From the NCBI RefSeq assembly GCF_009914755.1, contig NC_060931.1: a stretch of DNA of 64,000 nucleotides. One strand, given 5' to 3'. The notes beneath the pieces were generated by a model, which was not told the DNA's origin, searched no databases, and saw only the letters and a program-made list of their open reading frames with translations. Below are positions 14,999 through 28,727 of the stretch, one piece after another. This stretch comes from the human T2T-CHM13v2.0 reference genome, Homo sapiens. The position numbers were made by a program, and so were the translations under genes. Positions within the stretch are counted from its first letter, which is position 1. Every line of letters begins with the position of its first letter.

Positions 14999-16295
14999 TT
15001 ACTGTGTTCACCAATGACACAAGTGTAAATGCCACCTCTATTGTCCACAGAACTCTAGCAGTTATCCTAAGATAAATCTCCCCCACTTATGCACTATGCC
15101 AATAGAACTTTAACAAAAACAGGTTTTAAAAAGTCTAAAAGTCTAGCTTGGGTAGGGTGTTTGTTTATGGAAGCAGGAGTACTGTGGAATGGGATTCGTT
15201 TGGAAGACAGGCGAGCACCCTTGCCTGTGCTAGTTAGCTCCTTACCATCAAGTGTTACTTAGCCAAGGATGGGAGTGGTCCTTCCAATGTGGGTCAGGCA
15301 GCTTCCTGGGATCCTTAGCTCCTTTCCTGCAGAGAACTGCAGCTGCTAGAAAACAGTTTGCTCTTGCTCCTACACTCGAATATCCAGCCAGATGTTTTCT
15401 GCTGTATTCGTGGGCTCTCCTGGGATTAGCTCTCATCAGAATGAGAGGAAGATAAAGGCAGCCAAGGCTTACAGGGTCAGCTGCCTTGTACCTGTTCTCT
15501 CTGTCGCTGCATTTCCCAGTCACTGACTCTTCGCCAGCCCTGGGACAACCTGTGTCTCCCTGGTGATCCCCTAATCCACATTCCGACACTATCTCCCACC
15601 ACTCTCTGCTCGTGACCTCCAATGCAGTCAAACTAAATGGCTTCTTGTCCTGAATATGCCCCAGGCACTTCCATGCTATTTTTTTTTTTTCTCATAGAAG
15701 GCGACTAACAATGCTTAAGCACTGTTGCAGTTCTGTTTCAGTATAAAAATGCATTTTGCACTTCAGATTGTCTATTTTTTTTTAGTAATCTGTGTTAGTT
15801 GACAAGGGTTCTCACTGCTTTTTCTTTAATAGTAGCCTGCTCTTTTTAAATTTATGAATGTGATCATTTTACAGATCTCTTAGAGAATAATGCACTTAAA
15901 GTTTTGTTTTTGGTGCTAATTCTGTGTTCTCTGGGTATAGTTCTTCTGTTTGCTATTGTCTCATGCCAGAATTTTCCTCATGTTGGTGATTTTTTGTGTG
16001 TGTGTGTGTGGTCTGTTTGTAGTATAGATGATCTAATTTAAACAATATTGTTAGGAAGAGTTACTTCCTGTCTGGCTGTGGGTTTGTGTTCTGATTTAGG
16101 AAGCCCTGCTTTCTGATAGCTGGATGAAGGAAAAGGACATTAAGTAGAGTCAGAAAGGCTCTTCCTTCCTAGGAATACAGGTGATTTTTCTTCTGGGTAT
16201 GGAGACAAATTTTTTAGTGACCATACATTTGTTACAATGCTGTTTGTTTCTACTGCCCCATACTAACTGTTGAATCTCTGAGGTCAGAATTCTAA

Positions 16296-16678
<383 letters not shown>

Positions 16679-17389
16679 TGCCCTAACTTTTTTTTTTAAA
16701 TTGCCACTTAATTTGTTAACCAGCCAGCCTCTCTCATCTGACTCCTCCTAGACTCTTGGAGTTGCTATAATGAGTTTCTCCTGGGGAACGTCACTGGGTC
16801 AATAGAAGTTCTCTCCTTGAACTGAAGTGGCTGCAGTTTTCTTTCTTCCAGTTAAATATTTAAGAAATTGTTCTCTGTTCTGGTCTGCCGGTGCTAGAGT
16901 TTCCAGATTTCCAGTGCTGCTGTGTGCTGAAATTAATTTTTTAATGTCTTCCTGCATTTTAATAGAATTTTGGGAGAGAGTGATGGCAACACATGGTCAC
17001 AGCCATCTTTAACCAGAAGTCTTCCTCTATTCTTTTTTACAGCATTTATTTCTGGGTTGGTTATTACTATTTATGCCTGTAACTGAAGAAAACAAAATTT
17101 AACTGTAGCATTGTGGACACTTTGTGCCCAGCAGCTTTAAAATACATGTTTGATGAAATAGTATTAATCACATAAAATACTAGGGATCTATACTTTAATT
17201 AGGAAGCATAATACTGGACCTGCCCATCTACTCCACATTTCCAGATTCAACATTGAAGAAAAGAATTCTTTTTATGTAAGCTTACTATGGAGGATGAGAC
17301 ACGTTAAAAAGAACTATCCAATTCTTGTCTATTCTTTATTTTTGAACATGTTTTAAATTACTTCTATTAATTTCTTTTGTTTTTTATGT

Positions 17390-17930
17390 TTTAAAATAAA
17401 TTTTATTGTGTGTATTTAAGGCTACATCATGATGTTATAAGATACATATATAGTTAAATGGTGGCTATAGTGGAACATGTCAACACATTCATCATCTCAC
17501 ACAGTTACTCCTTCTTCCCACCACCTCTTCCCGTGGCAAGAGCAGCTATAATCTACTCATTAAGCAAAAATCTTGAATACAATACACTGTTATTAACTGT
17601 AGTCCTCCTGTTGTATATCAGATCTCTAGACTAGTTCATCCTATCTGTCTAATACTTATTTTGACCTAAATCTCCCTATTTCCTCCCCACCACCCTGACC
17701 CCAACCACAGTAACCACTGTGTTATTCTCTCTTTATATTTCATCCTTTTTTTAAGATTCCATATATAAGTGAGATTATGCAGTATTTTTCTTTCTGTGTC
17801 TGACACTACTTCAGTGTCCTTCAGGTGCATCCATATTGAATCTCCTCTTTGCTAAGGCTGAATAATATTCCAGAATGAGTGTGTGTGTGTGGGTGTGTGT
17901 GTATGTACCACAGTATCTTTATCCATTCAT
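17390..17930 (-). mobile_element. L1MA 3' end fragment with an internal (TG)n
   Basis: aaattttattgtgtgtatttaagg...ttattaactgtagtc...aagattccatatataagtgagattatgcagtattt. Confidence 0.8.
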
Positions 17931-18769
17931 TCTTTTTTGTATTTTAATAGAAAATTGTTATTTTAAAAAAAAACTATAAAAGCTTATGGGACTGTTAGTC
18001 TTTTCAGAGATTTCTGTGCACGATCGTATTATTTTGTAGACAGCCACGGTGTCTAAGGCTGAAAAATAACAAGCCTTTCACATAAAACTGGTATTCATCA
18101 TTTATTTTTCTAAAACACCGTTATGGTAGGTCCAAAGCTAATTTTTCAAGTGAAGGAATAGATTATAAAGATAAAGAGGAGGCATGCTAATATTCTCTTA
18201 CTACAACTTACTAGTTTGCAATATGATTGCATTAGAACAGAAAGTTCTCAAATATATATTTGTGAGTATCAGTTACAGTACTTAGAATCTTGTCCTGTGA
18301 TCATGTGACAAATCTATTTTAGTTTTATTGCCATGACAATTAACCACTTAGGGGTTTATTCTGTCTTGTAATTCTTTTTTGTATTTTGTCAGTGGATGAA
18401 AGTTGCTCAGCGTAAATCTAGAATTCAAACATCTGACTGAGAGAGTAAGTGTCGTGCTTTAAATTGGTCAGCATGTCAATGCCCACAAATCCTAGAGGGT
18501 TACAGATGATATCAATCACTTGCCACATTCATGACTAATTTAATATCCTCCTTGCCATGTTCTCTCATCAGTGTAACACGGCATGACCTGTTAGAGTTTT
18601 CTGCCATCATGTGACTGGGCTGGAGACAAAACGATTTGTTCAGCCAAACCTATCTGGCTACCAGCTGATTCAAGTTTTGTAATAACCTATATCAGCTTGA
18701 CTGAAGTTCATTTTATCAAAGTCTGTAAGAAAAGTGTTTGATTAGCAAGTTACAGGTAACATGAATTTA

Positions 18770-18990
18770 GTGCTTATTTTGGGTCAGGCATGCTGACCAC
18801 ATACCTGTATTATCTCGTTTAATCCTCACATCACCCCAAGAGGCAGGTGCTACCGTTTGAGGAAATATACAAGTGAGAAGGCTGAGGCCCAGAGAGATGA
18901 GTTACCGGACCAAGGCCACACAGTTGGTAGGCAATGAAGTGAGGATTTTCATCTATGTGGAGTGAATCTAGAGTCTGTGCTTTGATAACC
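18770..18990 (-). mobile_element. MIR SINE
   Basis: tttaatcctcaca...ctgaggcccagagag...ccaaggccacacag core. Confidence 0.7.
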
Positions 18991-19149
18991 TCTTACTTAA
19001 AATACACACACACACACTCTTTTCGTTTAGAGTTTTAGGACCACATATTAACTATTTACGTACAAATATAGTAAATGGCCCTAAATAACAAATAAATTGT
19101 GTTTTATTCATTAAATTAAGGATATGTGTACTCAAATATTTTAGTTTAT

Positions 19150-19410
19150 TGTTGGGACCTGGATAAGAGCTGCTGACCTGGGGATACATGTAATTTGAGT
19201 AACTGGGATTTTATTTACGTGGTTCTCAGTCACTTCATACTCTTGGTAGCATTCTTGGTACAGGAATGGCTTCCCTGGAATAGTCCTACTAACCACCAAG
19301 GTGCCTGAATCCTCTACTGAGACATGAAGAGGCAGCTCCAGAGGTGTGGTTATCACAGGAGTGTGTCCTGTAGCATGAGCATATGTGATAAGGGACAAAA
19401 AGTAAGAAGC
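19150..19410 (-). repeat. Inverted copy of the 20462-20810 segment (Arthur1-like hAT fragment)
   Basis: Reverse complement aligns to 20462-20661 with about 20 mismatches in 200 nt by manual count. Confidence 0.9.
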
Positions 19411-19673
19411 TCACTTTTGGACTTGAAAGAAGAGTACATTTCTATTAAAATATTTATAAGTCAAATATTTTCTTTGTTCACATTGACTTTTTCCTCCAAT
19501 TACTCTGAATATATTGAGTTTTAGAAGGCAATGTTCATGCCTTCTAACTTAACTTTAAAAATATCTTTCCCTATCCCTTTAAACTCTCTGGTTGTCATCC
19601 TGCCTTTTGGACCTTAATCCCACCTGCAGGGTTTGGGACCATCACCTTTGCTCATCTGTTCCAACCCTGTACC

Positions 19674-20810
19674 CAGAGGCAGAACCAGGTTGATGAAACC
19701 TGGAGTTTATATGATTATTGGGAAAGGGAATCTTTAATTTAAAAAGGCAAAATGAAAAATGCAAAACTGGGTCCTAACTGAATATTTACTTAAAGTGAGA
19801 AAAGAAATCGCAGTGCATTGCAGATTTTTTTAAAGTTGGAAAACACTACAACTGTTATGAAATCCAAATTTGTATACGTATAATATTTTTAATAATTAAC
19901 TTATTGACAACTTGAAAATACCCTTTCCCCTACATTTTTTGGCTACATAATTGTTCATTATCTCCTCTCATCACAATTTGGTAATATAATTTTTAATAAA
20001 GTAGAAAGCTAAGCCAGTCTTTATACCATAGTTGATCACAATATTGCTTTTGTTTAATGGCCCATAATTTTTATCTTCAGTCTCTCTGTCTCTCTCTCTT
20101 CCTCTCTCTTGCTCTCTGTGTATATGTGTTTACAGATAAATTTAATAATTAGCAAAGAAGAAGATATACTTCACATATGTTCATATAAAGATCTGGCAAT
20201 TTTGCAGCTGCTTTATTGAACATTCCAAAATGTCTTTACAGGTGGCAGTTAAAATGGTATTTATTTTAGCTTTATCAAATGTGTTATTGCATCAAAAAGG
20301 GGGCAAATGCATGGTGCATTTATACTTGGATGTGCAGCTTAATCAGGTATAATGCTGACAGGAGAAAACTTCTATTTGACCAGACATGTATGTAACTGAA
20401 AGTTTCACATATAATGATACACATCTGATAGATGGAAACACTTTCTACTGACTAGCTTCTGGCTTCTTACTTTTTGTCCCTTATCACATATGCTGATGCT
20501 GCAGGACACAGTCCTATGATAACCCCACCTCTGGGGCTGCACCTTCATATCTCAGTAGAGGGTTCAGGCAGCTTGGTGGTTAGTAGGAGTATTCCAGGGA
20601 AGCCATTCCTATACCAAGGATGCTCACAAGAGTATGACATGACTGAGAACCGCATAAATAAATCCCAGTAACCCAAACTATTAGATTGGTGCAAAAGTAA
20701 TTGTGGGTTTTGCCATTAAAAGAAATGTCAAAAACCGCAATTACTTTTGCACCAACCCAATATCTGTCTCCTCATGTCAACATATCTTAGCCAGGTCTCA
20801 AAAATGTCAT
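19674..20810. mobile_element. Arthur1-like hAT-Tip100 DNA transposon remnant
   Basis: Starts cagaggcagaaccaggtt; gaatatttact..tgagaaaagaaatc, cctacattttttggct, gggaagccattccta match my recollection of Arthur1. Confidence 0.6.
20681..20760. mobile_element. MADE1 (Hsmar1-derived mariner MITE, 80-bp palindrome)
   Basis: ttagattggtgcaaaagtaattg...caattacttttgcaccaacccaa flanked by TA at 20679-20680 and 20761-20762. Confidence 0.95.
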
Positions 20811-23348
20811 CAATGAGCAATGGCCCTATGATAGAGAGAGGTAGAGGGGCAGAGGGCCATGGGTAGATGTCCACCCTAAATCTGTGCACACACTCTAGAC
20901 CAAGCTCCAGGTGCCTGGGACCCAGAATGCCCTTCTTGAATGTCTTAGAGCATGTTTTCAGGGCTGTTGACCTGCAGGGTGAGTCCTCACAGTGTGGAAC
21001 ATGCTTACTTAGGCTTAAGTGGTGGGCACGTGGAGTCAGGTATAGAAAGAAAAGAGGCACAGGCCAACACCCGGGGGTTGATTTTTCCCATGCTGCCAGA
21101 TTCTTGGAAGAACCTCCAAGAAGCCAGAGTATTCTCTGTTTGAACTTGGGCTTTTTTTTTTTATCAGTCATTATGAAGGCATAATTTGTAGAGATAGAAG
21201 ATAGAACATATTTTATAGTCTGTTAGACTTCTATAAATTTATAGAATGAACATGCAATACCTTTACTATCAGAACTAATCATGAAAAGTTAACAAATATT
21301 AAAACAAGCAAATAAAATCTTAAAACCTAATATGGACATTCAATTTAAAAACTCTGCCGTGTTGAGAAAGCATACAGGATTCATGTTTGCTTAAAAGTCA
21401 TTGAGCTCTGGCAAGAAGTTTTGAAGGCACTTTGGTGCGATTCCCAGGGTAGCCAGGATAGCCAGGATTCCCAGGGTCCCCAAGCCTATGGGACAGAGAA
21501 GGCACAACAAACGCTGTCCCAGCTTCTAGAGGAGCCCAATAAAACAGAACATCTACTATGGGGCTTGAGCAAATAGAAGTGCACCTCATTGCTCACAATT
21601 GTAGGTGCTTAGTCAGCAGGACAAAGACTAACAAGCAACACACCATAGTACCACCCTGAAGAACAGAGCAAACCATAAAGATCTCACAGAGGAAGGCCTC
21701 CCCTGGCAGGCTAGGTTGAACACTCAATGGGCTTATGATCACATAGCCAGAATCTGGAATATTAGTGCAAAAACACCATTCTTGGACGAAGGAATATTAC
21801 TCCAAGAGAGGGATAGTGACACTAAGCAGAATGGTGAGTTTTTGTTACACAGCTGTTTAAAACTCGATGCACTGTTATCTGTGTTATATAACACTTTGAG
21901 AATGATATAAATTGGACATGTTATTAAGAATATAATCATGTAAACATGTAGGTACCTTCTTATTACTCTTCAACTGTTGTCAAGCAACTGCCACCGGTTC
22001 CCTCTTACTGTAACCCTGATTCAGTGTCCAACATAGACCTGTACAGAAAGAATTGGAAGTCTACAGCTTTAAATTCTGAGATGTTGTCCTGAATATCTGG
22101 GTTTTAGGACAACTCAGGTGAGCAATCATTACAAATGATGGAAAAGTTGACCTTTGTTCTTCTCTCTCTCATTTGCCACGTAGTGCTCTATGTGCAACCG
22201 CACAGTCCCCCATCTCTCTGTTTACAGAAGGACTGGGCTTGATGTTTTTTTCAGCTTTCGGAATCACGTGGTTTTCTGCCCCACATTGCTTAGGACAAGC
22301 TGGAAGGGAGAGATCAGAGCCCCACCAGGGCTCCTCAGTGTGATTCCCTCCTAATGATCCTTTTCCAATCAGAAGGGAGTAATTTTCCTCCGCCTCATTA
22401 TTTTCCTGCCTAGCTTTCTGCCCTTTGAAGCTGAGTTTTCCCTGCCATTAACAAATAACTAGGAAAGTATACTTACTAGAACTTCTTACTAATCTCCTTG
22501 TAGTTTTATAGCTCGACCTCTTACCAACCTTTTGACACATGTGATTTCTTAAAGGGGCAATGCCTGCTATTTTCTAAACTTCTTAAAAGACATTCAAAGA
22601 GATCCTACTTCCTTGTAGGGTTCTCTGTAGAAACTGACACACACAAAACATAACTATGTTTAATTCTTGCGGTGGGGTGCCTTTTAATACTGACTATATG
22701 TCAGACTCCATATGGTAGCCTGGATACTTGACATTCAGCGACCAAATAAGAAATTAGCATTTCAAACTGATACGAGACACAAATCAAACTCATTCTCATC
22801 ATCTTTGACAGGGATAGCACTTGGTAAACCCATAGGATGCTTTCTGGATATAATGTAAATAGATTTGGTTAAACATTTATTGAGCACCTGCTATGTGCAG
22901 AATACTGTGTTGAATGCTATATCAAATGCTATATGAATCAACAATATGACCAGGATTTACAGTTTGACAGAAAGCATATGGCCTTACACAGACATTTATA
23001 GAGTGTTCATATAGAAGGTTCACAAGGTGAATAAATACAATATGATAAGATGATGGAGTAAATACCCCAGGAATCGAGAGGGAGATGGGCAATGCATGTT
23101 TGTATTGCAGAGGACAAAAGGGAATCCATGATGCAGATTGTCTTTTTCTCTAAGATTCTCTTAACCGGTATCTTACCTCAACTCCTATACTAAGTCACCC
23201 AATCTGTTCATGACCCTCCTCAAGTCTCTTGCCAGAATATACCTTTTACCATGGTCTGGAGTCTATATTTAAATGAATAGATTTATGATGTTTGTAAGCA
23301 TCTTATGTATTTAGATTTGTAGTAAAACTTTCAAGGAAATATAACTAA

Positions 23349-23729
<381 letters not shown>

Positions 23730-24993
23730 TAGTCTCATTCTTAAAGCAAGATTTTGCATTACTTTATTAAAGTAACTAAACTTCAACATTAACCAGGTCT
23801 TTTCGAGCAATGCTATGACAGAACTATGGGACTAGATATTGAAAGACTTGGATCTAATTTAAATTCTGCCACTTGCTAACAGTGTGAATTTGGATGTCAC
23901 CTTACTTCTCTCAAACTTCTCTGCTTTTTCACAATCGGAGACAGGCAATTACATTTATTTGCCACAATATGTCAAAATAGTTGTTGTGATAATCTTGAAA
24001 AGTAACATTTAAAAGTATCATTCAGAAGGAACGTATCATTATTTTAACAAGCTTTGAAATAAACTCCTGGGTATAATTCAATTCCTTTTTTGCTAGTCCC
24101 TAACAGTTACCTCATTTTCTTCACAGATCTTTATAGAATGTTTCTTTTCTAATTACTCCACTTTTTTTTTGTTTTTTAGCTTAAGATCAAAATACAAAAA
24201 GACTTCTGCAGAGATGTGCACCTTTCTGTCAGTTTGGGAATAAGAACTCTGGGGTTGCTTCTCCCATCTAGCCTTGCTTCCTTTTCTAATGAGAACATCA
24301 TTGTTTGGTACAAATCAGAGCAAAGATTTATTGCCTTTTTATATTCTCAGCTCCTCTTCTCTTTTCCTACTTATCCACTGCCCCTCCTATATAGAACAGA
24401 AGCAAAAGTGTGCAACTGCCAAATGTAAAGTTGAGAAGCTAAATCACTGCCACTATTTTATTTTCTGAATCAGAGGTTTCTATTGTCAGTTTAACTTTTG
24501 AAAGTGACAGCAGAAAAGAATCTGTCAGGATATATAGAGTGAAACATAGGGATGTCATCACAGACTTCATCATGATTGACAGAGAGATGAAGGACAGATT
24601 CTGGAATAAAGGTGATTTGAGTTGTCTAGTCTATTCAACCAGCCTTCATGGTGGGAATGGCCAAGGAGAAAAGAATTCTCCACTACAAAACACACTGAGA
24701 GACTCAAGGATGCAATTCAAAAGACATAAGTTCCCCAGAAAATGAAACAGTAAAGGAAAACACAGGTGAGAGACATTCCCTATCTTTGAGCCCTGAGATA
24801 TGAAGTGTAATTATCATGTTTATTGCTCTTCTGGAATGATGTAAGTTGTATGTATCTCATTTATTATAAAACTTGAATTTATTGTAAATGGAGGCATGAA
24901 ATCTAGTTATGAAAAAAATGACACCATACTGTTCTTGAGGGCTTAAGCTCTGAACAATTCTTTTATCCCAACCTTCTTAAATAAATCAAACAG

Positions 24994-24995
<2 letters not shown>

Positions 24996-25030
<35 letters not shown>
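24996..25030 (+). repeat. (TG)n microsatellite
   Basis: Perfect TG run. Confidence 0.95.
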
Positions 25031-25032
<2 letters not shown>

Positions 25033-25879
25033 GTCCTCCTCCTACATCTTTTTAGGAAAAATAGTGAAAACAAGAAGGAAGTTGGGAACCAGAAAAAATA
25101 GAAGAGTCTTGGCTAGTATTGAAGATTGAATGCTTTGGGCTTTTCTCCATCACTAAATCTCTATTTAATAGTATGGCTATAGATTTAAAAATATATTCTT
25201 GCTTTATACAATAAAAATGAGACATAAACCGAAACTTTAATTTCACAGTTTGAAAGTACATGCTTCACATTTCAGTTAGGTCAAGTGCCCTCTAACTAGA
25301 CATGATGGGCTAATCTGTAAATGATTCAATGGAGTGACCAGAAACCTAAAATTGAAGCCATATGGAAACTTACTGTGCATATTAAATTGTGTGTAGCAGT
25401 GTTAACAGCATCTTGATTTGTGGCTGCAAGTAATAAATGAATTATATTAATTTTGTAGCTGCAAGCTAATTTCTCCAGAATTACTTTTTAATAACCAGAA
25501 TCATGTTCGCTGGTAAGATTTAAATACATTTAGAAACAAATTTGTAGACTTTTAAGCAATGCTAGATTATCATTTTGAAAACTTAAGAGTTCATTTACTA
25601 TTTCTCCTAACACAAAATTTTTGGAGAGAAAATTCTTTTGCTCAGACTGGATAACTTAGTTGACAAACAATATCTGTGTTAATACCTAGAAACAGTCACT
25701 ATTCTAGTACAGCCAGGTGGGAGCTGAATTGTTGCAAGAATTTTTCCGCCTATTTTATAGGTGATCTGTCTTTATCATATAACAACATTTTTTTCTCCCT
25801 TGCTGGGTTGAAACTCAACATGCTTTCATGTCACCTTAAAACTTGGAACATTATGGTTGGTTTTCTTACATGAGGCCTT

Positions 25880-26360
25880 TTAGTTTAGAGTTGAAGAGTG
25901 TGAGATCTGGAGGTCGACTCCCTTGGATGGAATTTTTAGCTCACTGCTTATTAACTGTATAATCTTGGGCAAGTTTTTGTGTCTCAGTTTCCTGATGTGG
26001 CTTGTAATAGTATGTACCCCCCATGTTGTTAGGAGGATTAAAGAAAAAGTACACATGAGGTGCTTAGATGGGGCCTGCCTTGAAGAAGCCTTGTTAAATG
26101 TGAACTACTGTAATTCTCTGGGGAACGGAGGTGCATGGAGAGATTGTGAGGTTGCTGGTCACACAGACCTGGGTTGGATCCTAGATCCACTGTTGATTGG
26201 CTCTATGAGCTTGGGCAAGTTGCTTCATTGTTCTGAATCTCAATCTTTGTCTGTAAAATGGAATTGCCATACCATATCCCTCACCCTGCACTGTCCAGAG
26301 GACTATATGAGATGAAGTGTGAAGTCAACATAATGATGGTCATGGAATAGTTTCAAAAAT
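25880..26360 (+). mobile_element. Two tandem MIR SINEs
   Basis: cttgggcaagtt...tctcagtttcct and cttgggcaagttgctt...tctgtaaaatgg cores. Confidence 0.7.
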
Positions 26361-27453
26361 ACCAATTAATGTTCATTTCCTTTCTCTCCGTGGGAAGTAG
26401 CCTTTTCTCTATTATTTGGGGTGGAGAGGGTTGAGAGAGTCTCAACTAAGTCAGGTGGCCTATTTCCCTCATCTTAGGCTCCATGTCAAAGGGGATCTCT
26501 GACAATACGGAACAGTGGTATGAAAAATCTGCATTCACAAATAATATAGTGTTTATATATGACCGTTAACATGTATTGTAATTTGGTTTTGGCTACACAT
26601 TTTTCTTCTTAATTCTATTTGATTTGGGATACTAAAATTAGTTGGCCTTCCCAGAATAAACACAGACTGGCAATGAAGGAGGTCATAGCAAAAGAGAAAT
26701 TAGCTCATACTTTCAAAATGTTGCTGTGGGTGATCTGCATGCAGAGGAATTACAATTGTATTACCAAAAATGCTCAGCTCCTTCGCAGATAATCACAATA
26801 ATAATTACTTATAGAGCACTGACTATGTGACAGAATGCTTTACATACATTGTTAATTTAATCTACCCCCAAATGCTATCAATAAATATGTTATGGATCTC
26901 ACAAATGCAAATAAGGATACTGATCATTAGAGAGGTTGAAAAAAAATCTCTCCCTTCACTTTCTAAATGTGTCATTCAGCTCAGCTAATAGAATGGTTTT
27001 GAGTTAGGTCACTAACTTTTTCTTGTTACCATATCTGATTCTATGACACAAAACTATACAACAAAGAAGTTTTGAAAACTTTACAACAATATTGTTTCAC
27101 AAATCTTGTAATTAAAATTCTGTTTTGCATTTGTCTATGTGGTCTTTAATCATAGCCAAAAAATTAAAAACCTGGTATTGTCACTTACAGTACTGCTCCT
27201 GCAGTCATTCTGGGAGAATTCTGGAATAATAACTCCAAATACAGAGAGCTTCTCCTCCAGAATATTTAATATAGACGAGGAGCTGTAATCAGAACACTAA
27301 GTATTAAAACTGTGGTCTTGCTTCTCTTTTCTTTTCAGGCCCTGCACTGATTTTGAGCCCATCCATGCCCCTAAGTCCACAACTGCAGCTCAGATCTCTC
27401 TTCAACTTCAGACATAGACAGCTGCCATTCAACCGCCTAGTACATAACTCAGT

Positions 27454-27633
27454 CAGGACTTTCCACAAGAGACTTAGTCTCGACAAGTTCAAAACTGAGG
27501 GTCTCATCGCTGTCCCACCCCAGCCTGCCCGATCGAGGTCACACAGGACTTTCCACAAGGGACTTAGTCTCAACAAGTTCAAAACTGAGGGTCTCATCAC
27601 CGTCCCACCCCGACCTGCCCGATCTAGGTCACA
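27454..27633 (+). repeat. Two-copy 90-bp tandem duplication within an L2-like fragment
   Basis: Units 27454-27543 and 27544-27633 both start caggactttccacaag; about 7 mismatches. Confidence 0.93.
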
Positions 27634-28128
27634 CATGTGTGTGTTCTTCTCCCTCTCCTCTCTTCCTCAGTTTCCAGATTCAGGCAGTGCATACTCTCGC
27701 TTCTCTCTATTAATCACCCCTGAAGCCTCTCCTCTCCTTTCTAACTCACTGCCATCTTTCACTGGAGCTATTTCCTAATTGGTTCCCTGGTTCAGGTTGC
27801 AGCTTTGACTTTGCTACCATAGCACAGCAATCCTTCTAAAATGCAAATCTGCTGATGCATTCCTCTGTGGAAGATCCCTCAGCTGACTCCTCTGCAGACC
27901 TACAAGGCTCTCCATGATGTTGCCTTGGCCAGCTTCTCCAGGCTCACTTTAGGCAAATCCCTGCTACTCCAAACACCCAAGTCAAACGGAACTTGCAATT
28001 CTTGAAAGTGATTTGTACCTCCCCCTTCCTAGGAGAACATTTCTACCTGAAACCTCCTTCTCTTAGAGTCTCAGAGGGAGCTCTCAATAAGCAGCAACCC
28101 CTTTCTCTTTGAATCCAATTGCTTAGAA

Positions 28129-28727
28129 CCATTGTGGAAGACAGTGTGGTGATTCCTCAAGGATCTAGAACCAGAAATACCATTTGACCCAGCCATCCCA
28201 TTATTGGGTATATACCCAAAGGATTATAAATTGTGCTGCTATAAAGACACATGCACACATATGTTTATTGCAGCACTGTTCACAATAGCAAAGACTTGGA
28301 ACCAACCCAAATGTCCATCAATGATAGACTAGATTAAGAAAATGTGGCACATATACAACATGGAATACTATGCAGCCATAAAAAAGGATGAGTTCATGTC
28401 CTTTGTAGGGACATGGATGAAGCTGGAAACCATCATTCTCAGCAAACTATCGCAAGGACAAAAAACCAAACACTGCATGTTCTCACTCACAGATGGGAAT
28501 TGAACAATGAGAACACTTGGACACAGAGTGGGGAACATCACACACTGGGGCCTGTCGTGGGGTGGGGGTAGGGGGTAGGGGGAGGGATAGCATTAGGAGA
28601 TAGACCTAATGTAAGTGATGAGTTAATGGGTGCAGCACACCAACTTGGCACATGTATGCATATGTAAAAAAACCTGCACGTTGTGCACATGTACCCTAGA
28701 ACTTAAAGTATAATAATAAAAAAAAGA
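28129..28727 (+). mobile_element. L1PA 3' end (ORF2 tail plus 3'UTR), 5'-truncated
   Basis: ccattgtggaagacagtgtggtgattcctcaaggatctagaaccagaaatacc...gtaccctagaacttaaagtataataataaaaaaa. Confidence 0.95.

Noticed and set aside
19141-20671. Paralogous-looking ORF pair beginning MSLITYA
   Set aside because: Non-ATG (TTG) starts inside the inverted transposon duplication; the similarity is explained at DNA level
27304-27778. 110-aa and 141-aa ORFs with an internal 30-aa repeat
   Set aside because: Result of the in-frame 90-bp tandem duplication; non-ATG start for the plus-strand ORF and no domain
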